Assembly (NCBI GenBank): GCA_046263035.1
Contig: JBHELP010000127.1
Span: forward strand, 1 to 33,793
Source: Candidatus Dormibacteria bacterium
Lineage (GTDB): Bacteria; Chloroflexota; Dormibacteria; Aeolococcales; Aeolococcaceae
Direction: 5' to 3'
Length of the DNA: 33,793 nucleotides
The position numbers were made by a program, and so were the translations under genes. Under the pieces are notes generated by a model. It made no database searches. It worked only from the letters and a program-made list of their open reading frames with translations, and was not told the origin of the DNA. Shown here piece after piece: positions 1 through 9,007 of this stretch. The stretch's first letter is position 1. Each line of letters opens with the position of its first letter.

Positions 1-1
1 G

Positions 2-652
2 CGGATCGAGGGGCTGGAGAACCTCACCGAGGCCCTGTCCCGTGGTGGCGGAGCGGTCATGGCGTCCATGCATTTCGGGGCCTGGGAAACCGGTCTGGCA
101 ATGTGGAACGACCGCGGGCATCCCATGGCACTGCTCGCCGAGGAGTTGCGTCCTCGCGCTCTCTTCGACCGGGTGGCGGGCGCCAGGGGCCACCTGGGGG
201 TGCGGGTCATACCCCTCGATGTCACCGCCATCCGAGGCGGCGAAGCCGATGCGGCCCGTCGCGCGGCCATGACCGCCATGCGCGAGGTGTTCCGTCTGCT
301 CCGATCCGGCGTTCCCGTGGCCCTCGCCCTCGACCGGGATCTGGTCGGCGGCGGGACGCCATTGCCCTTCTTCGGCAGGGAGGCTCGCATCCCCCTCGGC
401 GTTGTCGAGGTGGCGATCCGCAGCGGAGCCGCGATCATCCCCACTGCCCTCCTACCCACGGCCACGGGTGTCGAGGCCAGGCTCTATCCCGAGGTGGGCT
501 ACGATGCGGGTGCCCCCCGCGACGCCGAGGTGACCCGGGTCACCAGGGTCGTGCTCGCACTCTGGGAGGGGATCATCCGCGACCATCCCCATCTGTGGCA
601 TGTCCTGGACCCGATCTGGGACCAGCCCGCAGGTCCGAGGCCGGGCGCATGA
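2..652 (+). CDS. Lipid acyltransferase, PatA/LpxL-like (5' partial)
   Basis: Frame open from window start (RIEGLENLTEALSRGGGAVMASMHFGAWE); HxGxWE motif, ALDRD, PFFG and C-terminal HPHLW..LDPIW; sits next to a PimA-like GT4. Confidence 0.8.
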   Translation, partial: RIEGLENLTEALSRGGGAVMASMHFGAWETGLAMWNDRGHPMALLAEELRPRALFDRVAGARGHLGVRVIPLDVTAIRGGEADAARRAAMTAMREVFRLLRSGVPVALALDRDLVGGGTPLPFFGREARIPLGVVEVAIRSGAAIIPTALLPTATGVEARLYPEVGYDAGAPRDAEVTRVTRVVLALWEGIIRDHPHLWHVLDPIWDQPAGPRPGA

Positions 653-1818
653 AGGTCTGCCTCGTCTCGCCCTACGACTTCATGCATCCCGGCGGCGTCA
701 CCGAGCACGTGCGGCACCTCGCCGCCACGCTCCGCCGCCGTGGTCACCAGGTCACCATCCTTGCTCCCTCCAGCATCGTCGGGGACGACCACGGGATCTC
801 CGGCTACATCCGTATCGGGAGAAGCGTGCCGGTCCGCAGCAACGGGTCGGTGGCCCGGATTGCGCTGTCCTTCCACCTCGTACGCCGCGTCCGCTCCCTC
901 CTCAACGAGGAGGACTTCGACATCGTCCACTACCACGAACCACTGGTCCCTGCCCTTCCCATCACGGTGCTGCGGTTCCACCGTGGAGCCAACGTGGCTA
1001 CGTTTCATGCCATGGCGCGGCGCAACCTCGGGTACTACTACGCCCGGCCCTTCCTCCGTCGCTACTTCAGGCGGCTCCACTCCTGCATCGCCGTGAGCAC
1101 TCCGGCACGCGGCTTCATCGGCCGCTACTTTCAGGGCGATTACCGCGTCATCCCAAATGGCATCGATGTCTCCCGGTTCAATCCCAGTCGCCCGCCGATG
1201 GAAGGTCTGAGGACGCCCGGGCGGCAGACCATCCTCCATGTGGGCAGGCTCGAGAAGCGCAAGGGCTTCATGGGTCTTCTCAAGGCCTACGCCGAGTTGC
1301 GGACCCGGCGGTCCGAGCCCCGCCTGGTGGTGGTCGGGGACGGCCCCATGCGTGAGGAGTATGAGGAGTACGTCCGCGATCATCAAATTCCCGACGTCCT
1401 CTTCTGCGGTCATGTCGAGGCCGACCTGCTCCCCCGCTACTACACCGCGGCGGATGTCTTTTGCGCGCCGGCCACAGGAGGCGAGAGCTTTGGCATCGTC
1501 CTGCTCGAAGCCATGGCCAGCGGCGTGCCGGTCGTCGCCTCGGCCATCGCCGGCTTTGGTGAGGTGGTGGCCGCCGGGACGGACGGACTGCTTCTTCCTC
1601 CCCGGCAGCCCCGCGCGTGGTCCGCCGAGTTGGAGAGGCTGCTCGATGACCCGGCCCGCCGTCGCTCTCTCGCAGACGCCGGCCTGCTCAAGGCGCAGGC
1701 GTTCGCATGGGAGAGAGTGGCGGACTCCATTCTCGACGTGTATCGGCAGGCGCGTTCGCGTTCGCGCGACAACCTGGTGGCAGCCGGTGTTCACCAACAA
1801 GTTCCAGGAATGGGTTAG
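649..1818 (+). CDS. Glycosyltransferase family 4, PimA-like phosphatidylinositol mannosyltransferase
   Basis: ATG 649 overlaps the upstream TGA (ATGA); MKVCLVSPYDF..PGGV, HYHEP, VATFH, GRLEKRKG, GGESFGIVLLEAMA (EX7E). Confidence 0.88.
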   Translation: MKVCLVSPYDFMHPGGVTEHVRHLAATLRRRGHQVTILAPSSIVGDDHGISGYIRIGRSVPVRSNGSVARIALSFHLVRRVRSLLNEEDFDIVHYHEPLVPALPITVLRFHRGANVATFHAMARRNLGYYYARPFLRRYFRRLHSCIAVSTPARGFIGRYFQGDYRVIPNGIDVSRFNPSRPPMEGLRTPGRQTILHVGRLEKRKGFMGLLKAYAELRTRRSEPRLVVVGDGPMREEYEEYVRDHQIPDVLFCGHVEADLLPRYYTAADVFCAPATGGESFGIVLLEAMASGVPVVASAIAGFGEVVAAGTDGLLLPPRQPRAWSAELERLLDDPARRRSLADAGLLKAQAFAWERVADSILDVYRQARSRSRDNLVAAGVHQQVPGMG

Positions 1819-2392
1819 GGCCGGGGCGCGCCGCCTCGTTCCGGGGCTGCGCCTTCTCGGCATCACACCGAATGCCCTGACGCTGGTGGGCCTTGCCGTC
1901 ACGGCCCTTTCCGCCGTGCTCATCGGTGCCGGCTTCCTCGCCGCGGGGGGTGTCGTGCTGCTCATCGCCGGGGGGTTCGACATCCTCGACGGCGCCGTCG
2001 CCCGGGTCACTGGCAAGGTGTACCGCTACGGCGCCTTCCTGGATTCGACGTCGGATCGCTACAACGAGGCCTTCACCTACGTGGCCCTCCTCTACTTCTT
2101 TCTGTTTGCCGGCGATCGCCACAATCTGGAGGCCATGCTGATCATCGCGGCCCTGACCGGATCGCTGCTGGTGTCATACGTCCGGGCTCGCGCCCAGTCC
2201 CTGGGCTTTGTCTGCGACGGCGGCATCCTGGCCCGGCCGGAGCGGGTGATCATCACCGTGCTCGGCCTTCTCGTCGCCCCGCTGCTGGTTCCCCTGCTGT
2301 GGGTCCTGGCGGTGTTGACCAATGTCACCGCTCTCCAGCGCATCTATCTGGTCTGGAGGCAGTCACGACCGGTCCCCGCGGGATCGCCATGA
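1787..2392 (+). CDS. CDP-alcohol phosphatidyltransferase (PI/PIP synthase PgsA1-like)
   Basis: GTG 1787; TPNALT and DILDGAVAR..GAFLDSTSDR signature; VSYVRARAQSLG and RPERV typical of the PIP synthase group. Confidence 0.88.
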   Translation: MFTNKFQEWVRAGARRLVPGLRLLGITPNALTLVGLAVTALSAVLIGAGFLAAGGVVLLIAGGFDILDGAVARVTGKVYRYGAFLDSTSDRYNEAFTYVALLYFFLFAGDRHNLEAMLIIAALTGSLLVSYVRARAQSLGFVCDGGILARPERVIITVLGLLVAPLLVPLLWVLAVLTNVTALQRIYLVWRQSRPVPAGSP

Positions 2393-2949
2393 ACCGGGCC
2401 ATGACCTGGGCCAGATGGGAGCTCGGCAGGCGGATCGAGGTCACTCCGGCCATCCGCCTCATAACCGTTGAGCGCTTTGTCAAGGGCGCGGTACTGCTGG
2501 TGGGCGGCCTGGCCCTGCTTGTCGTCAGCAACCACGGCGACACCGTGCCCAGGATCGCCGGAGACTTGCAGAACGAGCTCAACCTGAGCCCCGGCCGCGG
2601 GGTTCTTCGCCAGGTGTACGCGACCACGATCATCAGGTTCGGCAACTACTCACGCCTCCACGAGGACGCGGTCGCCGCCGGCGCCATGCTCTATGGTGCC
2701 CTCGAGGTCTTCGAGGGTGTCGGGCTGTTGCTGCGGCGGCGTTGGGCCGAGTACCTGGTGCTGGTCGCCACGGCCGCATTCCTCCCTCTGGAGATCGGCG
2801 AGCTCCTCCACAGCGCAACACCTCTGAAGGCGGCGGCGCTGATTCTCAACATCGTCATCATCCTCTACCTCGTCTGGCGCAAGCGGCTCTTCCTGGAGCG
2901 TCCCGGTCAGCACGTCGTGGCTGACGACACCGTCCCGGCGCCGGGCTGA
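2389..2949 (+). CDS. DUF2127-like membrane protein
   Basis: ATGA overlap with previous gene; ER.VKG, YGALEVFEGVGL..RRRWAEYL, FLPLEI.EL, NIVIILYL. Confidence 0.75.
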   Translation: MNRAMTWARWELGRRIEVTPAIRLITVERFVKGAVLLVGGLALLVVSNHGDTVPRIAGDLQNELNLSPGRGVLRQVYATTIIRFGNYSRLHEDAVAAGAMLYGALEVFEGVGLLLRRRWAEYLVLVATAAFLPLEIGELLHSATPLKAAALILNIVIILYLVWRKRLFLERPGQHVVADDTVPAPG

Positions 2950-2963
2950 CCACGAATCCACCG

Positions 2964-3716
2964 TCAGCAGGATGGCGCGTTGAGGATGGCGACGACGTTA
3001 TAGGCGTTGAACAGACTGTGCACCACGGCGCTGATCAGCAGCGATCCCGACAGCTCGTAGACGATGGCAAGGACGACGCCCACCCCGAAGAGGGGAAGAA
3101 AGAGGAGCAGATCGGCATGAGCCGCACCGAAGATCGCGGCGCTCACCGCCACTGCCGCGGCCACCGGCAGACGGTTGCGGAGCCAGCCGTAGACAAAGCC
3201 GCGAAAGATGGTCTCCTCGGCCGCAGGGTCGATGATCGACACCAGCACGATGGCGATGCCCAGGGCGTGTCCAAATTCGTGGCGAACGGCAGTGCACTGA
3301 CCGCTGCCGGCACCTGGCAGCAGCCTGGCGCTCAACTCGGCCAGCCACACAGCCGCGATGAGCGTGGCCCCCGACACCGGCAGGGCTATGGCCAGCCAGC
3401 GTCTCCTGACGCGGCGCCAACCCAGGTCTCGGACGCTCGCGTGCCGCCGGATGACGACCAGACCCAGCACCACCGCGACCCACGAGAGGTACACACCGGT
3501 GGCTCCCGCAAACGCCTGAACGGCGGTCCGGGCCTCGCCGCTGACGGCGGCGTCGCCCACATGGGCAAGGCCTCGCAGGAGCAGGGCCCCGATGGGGGCC
3601 ACCACGAAGGCGGTGGTGAGGAAGAGAAGGATGTCCGTCCAGTCCCAGGGGACGCGGCGTCGAGACCCCCGGGCGGGCAGGCCGGCGGCATGTTTCACAT
3701 TCATCGGGGGCGCCAT
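2964..3716 (-). CDS. CPBP (CAAX/Abi) intramembrane metalloprotease
   Basis: EETIFRG, FGAAH and HSLFN motifs; many TM segments; start uncertain. Confidence 0.88.
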   Translation of the reverse strand: MAPPMNVKHAAGLPARGSRRRVPWDWTDILLFLTTAFVVAPIGALLLRGLAHVGDAAVSGEARTAVQAFAGATGVYLSWVAVVLGLVVIRRHASVRDLGWRRVRRRWLAIALPVSGATLIAAVWLAELSARLLPGAGSGQCTAVRHEFGHALGIAIVLVSIIDPAAEETIFRGFVYGWLRNRLPVAAAVAVSAAIFGAAHADLLLFLPLFGVGVVLAIVYELSGSLLISAVVHSLFNAYNVVAILNAPSC

Positions 3717-3787
3717 TCTGCCGAACTACAGGGGTGCGCGCGGTCATACGGGCACATCCCGTCGCCCCCTTCCTACACTTCGTGACC

Positions 3788-4873
3788 ATGCCCGGGGCAC
3801 ACACCATCGGGCACGCTCGCGTGGCTGGACGGTTGGGGGCCGCGGCGCGTGAGGACAACCTCTCCCATGCCCTCCTCATCGCCGGACCCCCCTCGGTCGG
3901 CAAGACCACCGTGGCGCTGGCCCTTGCCAAGCTGCTTCTGGACTGCTCCTCGTGGCCCGGGCCCTGCACCGGCCACCCCGATCTCTGGCTGGAGGACGGC
4001 GACGCCGAACGTATCGGGATCGATCGCCTCAGGTCCGGCGGCGGCGAGCGGCAGGAGCGGACCCTGCAGGACTTTCTCGCCCTGCACAGCTATGTCGGGG
4101 GCGGCAGCCGGGTGGCCATCATCGCTCGCGCGGAACGGTTGACCGTCGAGGCGGCGAACTGCATCCTCCGCACCGTGGAGGAACCGCCTCCGAGGACACA
4201 TATCGTCCTCTGCACGCCCCACCCCGAGCGCCTCCCCGAGACAATTGTCTCCCGCTGCCAGAGCCTGGTCCTGGCACCTGTGGCACGGCCGGAGATCGCC
4301 ACCTGGCTGGTGAGCGGTCACGGCGTGGGCGCCGATCTGGCCGAGACCGCCGCCCTCCTCTCCGGTGGCCGCCCGGGACGGGCGCTCCGCCTGGCAACTC
4401 ACCAGGACATTCTCCAGGAGGAGATGAACGCCCTCAACCGGTTCCTGGCCGTTGCCGGCCAGGGCACCGTGGCGGCGATCCAGGCAGCGGACGGGCTGGC
4501 GCCGCCCACGAGCGCAGAGGGCCGGGAGCGTTCTCTCGTCCAGCTCGCGGTGTGGTCGGAATTCATCCGCGATGCCATCTGCCATGCGGAGGGTACCGAC
4601 GAGCTGAGCACCTGGGCGGCATACCGGCCTGCTGTCGCTGCATGGGCACGACTCCCCGTCTGGCGGCTTGTCGACATGCTGGCCGGCTGTGTGAGGGCCG
4701 CCGACGAGCTCGAGCGCAATGCCAACAGCAGGCTCTGCTACGAGGTGCTCTTCCTGGACATCTTCGGGCCGCCCGGTCCCCAGCCGCCCGCGTTGACCGG
4801 GTGGACGCCGCCGGCGGTTCCCGGCGTGGGCGCATCGGTCCCCCGAGGAGCGCCGCCGCGTAATCCTGAGTAA
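3788..4873 (+). CDS. holB: DNA polymerase III subunit delta'
   Basis: SHALLIAGPPSVGKTT, HPDL, AERLTVEAANCILRTVEEPP, LPETIVSRC, GGRPGRAL. Confidence 0.82.
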   Translation: MPGAHTIGHARVAGRLGAAAREDNLSHALLIAGPPSVGKTTVALALAKLLLDCSSWPGPCTGHPDLWLEDGDAERIGIDRLRSGGGERQERTLQDFLALHSYVGGGSRVAIIARAERLTVEAANCILRTVEEPPPRTHIVLCTPHPERLPETIVSRCQSLVLAPVARPEIATWLVSGHGVGADLAETAALLSGGRPGRALRLATHQDILQEEMNALNRFLAVAGQGTVAAIQAADGLAPPTSAEGRERSLVQLAVWSEFIRDAICHAEGTDELSTWAAYRPAVAAWARLPVWRLVDMLAGCVRAADELERNANSRLCYEVLFLDIFGPPGPQPPALTGWTPPAVPGVGASVPRGAPPRNPE

Positions 4874-4934
4874 GATGATCGATGTTGTCAACAATGGCGG
4901 CCGACGACGCCGTCGAGATGAAAGGGAGGACCCC

Positions 4935-5792
4935 GTGACGGATTACGCCAGCCCTGAGGTTGTCGTCACCACCGAGTGGGTGGCCGAGCACCTCACTGAT
5001 CCCAACGTCCGCATCCTGGAGGTGGATTACGATCCCAGCAGCGCCTACGAGCTGGGCCACATCCCCGGCGCCGCCCTCGTCGACTGGAAGAAGGACATCA
5101 ACGACACCCTTCGCCGCGACATCCTCTCCAAGGCCCAGTTCGAGGAGCTGATGAGTCGAGTCGGCGGCACCGAGGCGACGACCCTCGTCCTCTATGGAGA
5201 CATGCGGAACTGGTTTGCCGCCTTCGCCTTCTGGACCTTCAAGATCTACGGGCACGATGATGTCCGTCTCATGAACGGCGGCCGGCGCAAGTGGATCGAC
5301 GAGTCCCGGGAGCTGACCCAGGAACCCGCCACCTTCACCGCCTCCAGCTACACGGCCAAGGAGCCGGACACCAGCCTTCGCTCCTTCCTTCCGGACGTCA
5401 GCAACGTTCTCAACAACGAGGAGTACCGCCTCGTCGATGTCCGCTCACCGGCGGAGTTCAAGGGTGAGATCAGCGCGCCTCCGGAGTACGCCAACGAGGG
5501 GGCTCAGCGGGCTGGTCACATCCCCGGAGCCAAGAACATTCCCTGGGCACAGGCGATCAAGGACGACGACACCTTCAAGTCCGCCGACGACCTCCGCGAG
5601 CTCTACGCCCAGCAGGGGATAACCGACGACAAGCCGGTGATCACCTACTGCCGGATCGGCGAACGCTCGTCGCACACGTGGTTTGTGCTCAAGTACCTGC
5701 TGGGATTTCCGAAGGTGACGAACTACGACGGCTCATGGAGTGAGTGGGGTAACTCCGTGGGCGTCCCCGTGGAGAGGCCCGCCGCCGGTTAG
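4935..5792 (+). CDS. Two-domain rhodanese / thiosulfate sulfurtransferase (CysA/SseA-like)
   Basis: GGAGG then GTG 4935; two GHIPGA motifs, active-site YCRIGERSS, C-terminal YDGSWSEW. Confidence 0.93.
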   Translation: MTDYASPEVVVTTEWVAEHLTDPNVRILEVDYDPSSAYELGHIPGAALVDWKKDINDTLRRDILSKAQFEELMSRVGGTEATTLVLYGDMRNWFAAFAFWTFKIYGHDDVRLMNGGRRKWIDESRELTQEPATFTASSYTAKEPDTSLRSFLPDVSNVLNNEEYRLVDVRSPAEFKGEISAPPEYANEGAQRAGHIPGAKNIPWAQAIKDDDTFKSADDLRELYAQQGITDDKPVITYCRIGERSSHTWFVLKYLLGFPKVTNYDGSWSEWGNSVGVPVERPAAG

Positions 5793-5802
5793 GCCTAATC
5801 CG

Positions 5803-6036
5803 GTGCGCGTCATCGATCTGACCGATGCCGAGCAGGACTGTGGTGCGCCGGCGCTCGACCGGGTTAGACGGGCCTATGGAGAGCTCGCCGCAGGGGAGGT
5901 AATCGAGGTGACCTCCACCGTGGCCGAGCATGCCTTCGCTGTTCGCGCCTGGCTTGCCAGGGTCGGCGGCAGCATTGTCGAAGACAGCCGGGAGGGGGCT
6001 CGGACGCGGATCCGGCTCCGTTCCGGATCTGGCTGA
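5803..6036 (+). CDS. TusA/SirA-like sulfur carrier protein
   Basis: 77 aa; IDL...DCGAP, L..GEVIEV..T, VRAW pattern of the TusA fold; follows the rhodanese gene. Confidence 0.65.
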   Translation: MRVIDLTDAEQDCGAPALDRVRRAYGELAAGEVIEVTSTVAEHAFAVRAWLARVGGSIVEDSREGARTRIRLRSGSG

Positions 6037-6086
6037 GCGCGGTAGCGGGACAACCGCTGGGGGCGTCGGCTTCGTATGGTGGGGCG

Positions 6087-7442
6087 ATGAGTACCACAGA
6101 GGCCACCGTGGAGAGCGGCCAGGATCGCGGCACGGGGGCGAGGCTGTTTCCGCCAGATTTTCTCCTCGGCTGTGCCAGTGCCGCGCACCAGGTGGAGGGC
6201 GGGATCGACAACGACTGGAGCCGCTGGGAGCGCGAGGACCCGGCGCGGATAAGGGACGGAAACATCTCCGGTTTGGCCTGCGACCATTACCGACGGTACA
6301 GGGAGGATCTGGAGGTGCTGGCCGCACTCCATCAGAACGCCCACCGCTTCTCCGTCGAATGGGCAAGGGTGGAGCCTGAGGAGGGTCGCTTCGACTCGTC
6401 GGCGCTGGATCACTACGCCGACGTTGTGGCCACCTGCCGCCGGCTTGGGATGGAGCCGATCGTCACCCTGCATCACTTCACGCTTCCCCCCTGGCTGGCC
6501 GCCCGTGGCGGCGTGCTGGCGCGCGACGCACCGCGGCTGTTCGCCCGCTTCGCCGCCTCCTGCGTGGAAGCCTTTGGAGCCCAGGTCACCTGGTGGATCA
6601 CCATCAATGAGCCCACCGTCCTCGCGGTGATGGCCTACCTCGAGGGCAAGTGGCCCCCCGGTGAGCGCTCCATGGTGCGGACCCTGCGTGCCCTTGGAAG
6701 CCTTGTCCGGATGCACGCCGCCGCGGCTCGAGCGGTGCGCCGCACCGCCATGAGCAACCACGGCCGGCGGGTGATGATCTCGATCGCACACCATGAGCGG
6801 CGGCTGCGCCCCGGGACAGCGTCACACCTGGAGCGTCTGGTGGCCGTGCCGGCGGACGTCCTTTTCAACAGGTGGTTCCTGCGGATGTGTATGAGTGGGC
6901 GCCTCCTGCCTCCGGTGGGCAGTGGCCGCACGGTCCCCGGGCTGGCCGGCTCGCTGGATTACGTGGGCCTCAACCACTACTGCGACGAGATGACCACCTT
7001 CGACCGCCGGGCATGGGGGACCTTGTTCGCCCGTATCTCGCCGCTCCCCGGCCTCCCCACGTCAACCTATGGGTGGGCCATCGAGCCCGACGGGATGAGG
7101 CGCGCCCTGGAAGCCCTGTGGCAGGAGTTCCACCTTCCCATCATGATCACGGAAAACGGCGTGGCGGATACCGACGACGAGCTCAGGCCCTCGTTCCTGA
7201 TCGGTTATCTCACCGCCGTGCAGGAGGCCATGGAGCGCGGGGTGGAGGTGCGTGGCTACCTGCACTGGACATCCATGGACAATTTCGAGTGGGCGGAGGG
7301 CTACGCGCAGCGGTTCGGCCTCTTCGCGGTCGACAGGGAGACCATGGAGAGGCGCCGGAAGCCCAGCGCCGACCTCTATGCCGAGATCTGCCGCACCCGC
7401 CTCGTTCCCGCCGCCGTACCCGCGAACGCCTCTTCAGTCTGA
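6087..7442 (+). CDS. Glycoside hydrolase family 1 (beta-glucosidase-like)
   Basis: FPPDFLLGCASAAHQVEG, RFSVEWARVEP, TINEP acid/base, ITENG nucleophile, DNFEWAEG. Confidence 0.93.
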   Translation: MSTTEATVESGQDRGTGARLFPPDFLLGCASAAHQVEGGIDNDWSRWEREDPARIRDGNISGLACDHYRRYREDLEVLAALHQNAHRFSVEWARVEPEEGRFDSSALDHYADVVATCRRLGMEPIVTLHHFTLPPWLAARGGVLARDAPRLFARFAASCVEAFGAQVTWWITINEPTVLAVMAYLEGKWPPGERSMVRTLRALGSLVRMHAAAARAVRRTAMSNHGRRVMISIAHHERRLRPGTASHLERLVAVPADVLFNRWFLRMCMSGRLLPPVGSGRTVPGLAGSLDYVGLNHYCDEMTTFDRRAWGTLFARISPLPGLPTSTYGWAIEPDGMRRALEALWQEFHLPIMITENGVADTDDELRPSFLIGYLTAVQEAMERGVEVRGYLHWTSMDNFEWAEGYAQRFGLFAVDRETMERRRKPSADLYAEICRTRLVPAAVPANASSV

Positions 7443-7618
7443 CACCCAACTGGGGCTCTCGGGTCAGGCGCGCCTCGTTGCCGCCGTCGTAGGCGGGTAC
7501 GACGACGCTTCGGTCTGACGGTGAGCTGCTTCTTTCGGGCGCCGAGCACGACGCTGAGGCCAAACCCGAGCGCGAGCGGCGGCAGCCCTGGCACAATGGC
7601 TCGCGAAACAGCCGGAGT

Positions 7619-7635
7619 TTGTGCTGTTTGCCCAT
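7619..7635 (+). promoter_or_regulatory. Putative PucR-type box TTGTG-N7-CCCAT upstream of the GS-alpha/pucR operon
   Basis: TTGTGCTGTTTGCCCAT just upstream of the RBS; an extra CACAA half-site at 7592-7596. Confidence 0.35.
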
Positions 7636-7657
7636 ATGACTGGCGGTGGAGGATCCG

Positions 7658-9007
7658 ATGGCTGGACGGAGCAGGACAGAGGCGGTGACCCCGGATGACC
7701 TGGTGCGGCAGGCGGAGGCGGCGGGGGTCCGCTATGTGGATCTGCAGTTCACCGACGTGGTGGGATCCGTCAAGACTGTGACCATCCCGGCCGCCGAGCT
7801 CGGCGCGGCCGTCGAACACGGCACCTGGTTCGACGGCTCCTCGGTGGAATCGCTGGCACGGACGGCGGAGAGCGACATGTACCTGGTGCCGGACCCGGGG
7901 ACCTTCCAGGTGCTGCCCTGGGCGGCCCCGGCCCGCACCGCCCGACTCGTCTGCCGGGTCACCACACCCGACGGCGAGCCCTACCCCGGCGATCCCCGTG
8001 CCGCCCTCGTTCGTGCGGTGGATGGGGCGGCCAGGCTGGGATTCGACTACCGCTGCGGACCAGAGGTCGAGTTCTTTCTTCTAGAGAGGGGCGAGGGAGG
8101 CGTCGTGGCCCCCCTTCCGCACGACCACGACGGATACTTCGATTTCTCGACGGACCGTAGCGCCCGCGTGCGGCAGGCCATGGTCACCGCCCTGCAGGAT
8201 CTGGGTATCGGCGTCAACACGGTGCACCACGAGATCGCCGCCGGTCAGCATGAGATCGACTTCGCCCACGCCCCGGCGCTCAGGTCCGCCGACGATGTGA
8301 TCACCTTCCGATACACGCTGCGGGCCGTGGCGCAGCAGGCCGGCGTCATCGCCAGCTTCATGCCCAAGCCGTTTCATGGCGTGAGTGGAAGCGGGATGCA
8401 CGTGCATCAGAGCCTGGTTCATCGGGATGGAGGCAATGCCTTCCACAGCGGCGCTGACGAATATGGGCTGAGCGACCTGGCACGTCACTTCATCGCCGGC
8501 CAGCTCCATCACGCTGCGGGCATGTGCCTGGTGCTGGCACCGCTGGTCAACTCGTACAAGCGGCTGGTGCGCGGCTTCGAGGCGCCGGTGTTCGTCTCCT
8601 GGGCCCGGACCAACCGTGGTGCCCTGGTCCGTGTGCCCCATGTGGGCCGGCGCGAGGCCACCCGTGTGGAGCTGCGCAGCCCCGATCCATCATGCAATCC
8701 CTACCTGGCCTTTGCAGTGATGCTGCGCTGCGGCCTTGATGGGATCGAGCGGCGGCTACCCCTCCCCGCGGCGGTGGAGGAATCCCTCTACGGCTTCGAC
8801 GACGTGGAGCTCGAGCGGCGCAATGTTGGCGTGCTTCCCGACAATCTCAAGGACGCCATCGCCGCCTTCCGAGCCGACGAGGTCGTGCGTGACGCCCTCG
8901 GGGACCACCTGGCGGAGCGATTCCTCGAGGCCAAGCTGCTCGAGTGGCGGGATTATCGGGCCCAGGTGACGCCCTGGGAGTTGGAGCAGTATCTGGAGCG
9001 GGCGTGA
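7658..9007 (+). CDS. glnA: Glutamine synthetase family protein, GSI-alpha-like
   Basis: GGAGG 7648-7652 then ATG 7658; FDGSS..ESDM, GPEVEFF, HHEIAAGQHEIDF, FMPKP..GSGMH, NSYKRL.GFEAP, RVELRSPDP; lacks the GSI-beta insertion. Confidence 0.85.
   Translation: MAGRSRTEAVTPDDLVRQAEAAGVRYVDLQFTDVVGSVKTVTIPAAELGAAVEHGTWFDGSSVESLARTAESDMYLVPDPGTFQVLPWAAPARTARLVCRVTTPDGEPYPGDPRAALVRAVDGAARLGFDYRCGPEVEFFLLERGEGGVVAPLPHDHDGYFDFSTDRSARVRQAMVTALQDLGIGVNTVHHEIAAGQHEIDFAHAPALRSADDVITFRYTLRAVAQQAGVIASFMPKPFHGVSGSGMHVHQSLVHRDGGNAFHSGADEYGLSDLARHFIAGQLHHAAGMCLVLAPLVNSYKRLVRGFEAPVFVSWARTNRGALVRVPHVGRREATRVELRSPDPSCNPYLAFAVMLRCGLDGIERRLPLPAAVEESLYGFDDVELERRNVGVLPDNLKDAIAAFRADEVVRDALGDHLAERFLEAKLLEWRDYRAQVTPWELEQYLERA

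Noticed and set aside
2964-3716. Abortive-infection defence system from the Abi/CAAX gene
   Set aside because: Lone, ordinary CPBP protease with no defence context
7443-7590. Riboswitch or ncRNA between GH1 and GS-alpha (CGTCGTA/TACGACG and other stems)
   Set aside because: Only short GC stems, no recognisable family motif, and upstream of the likely promoter
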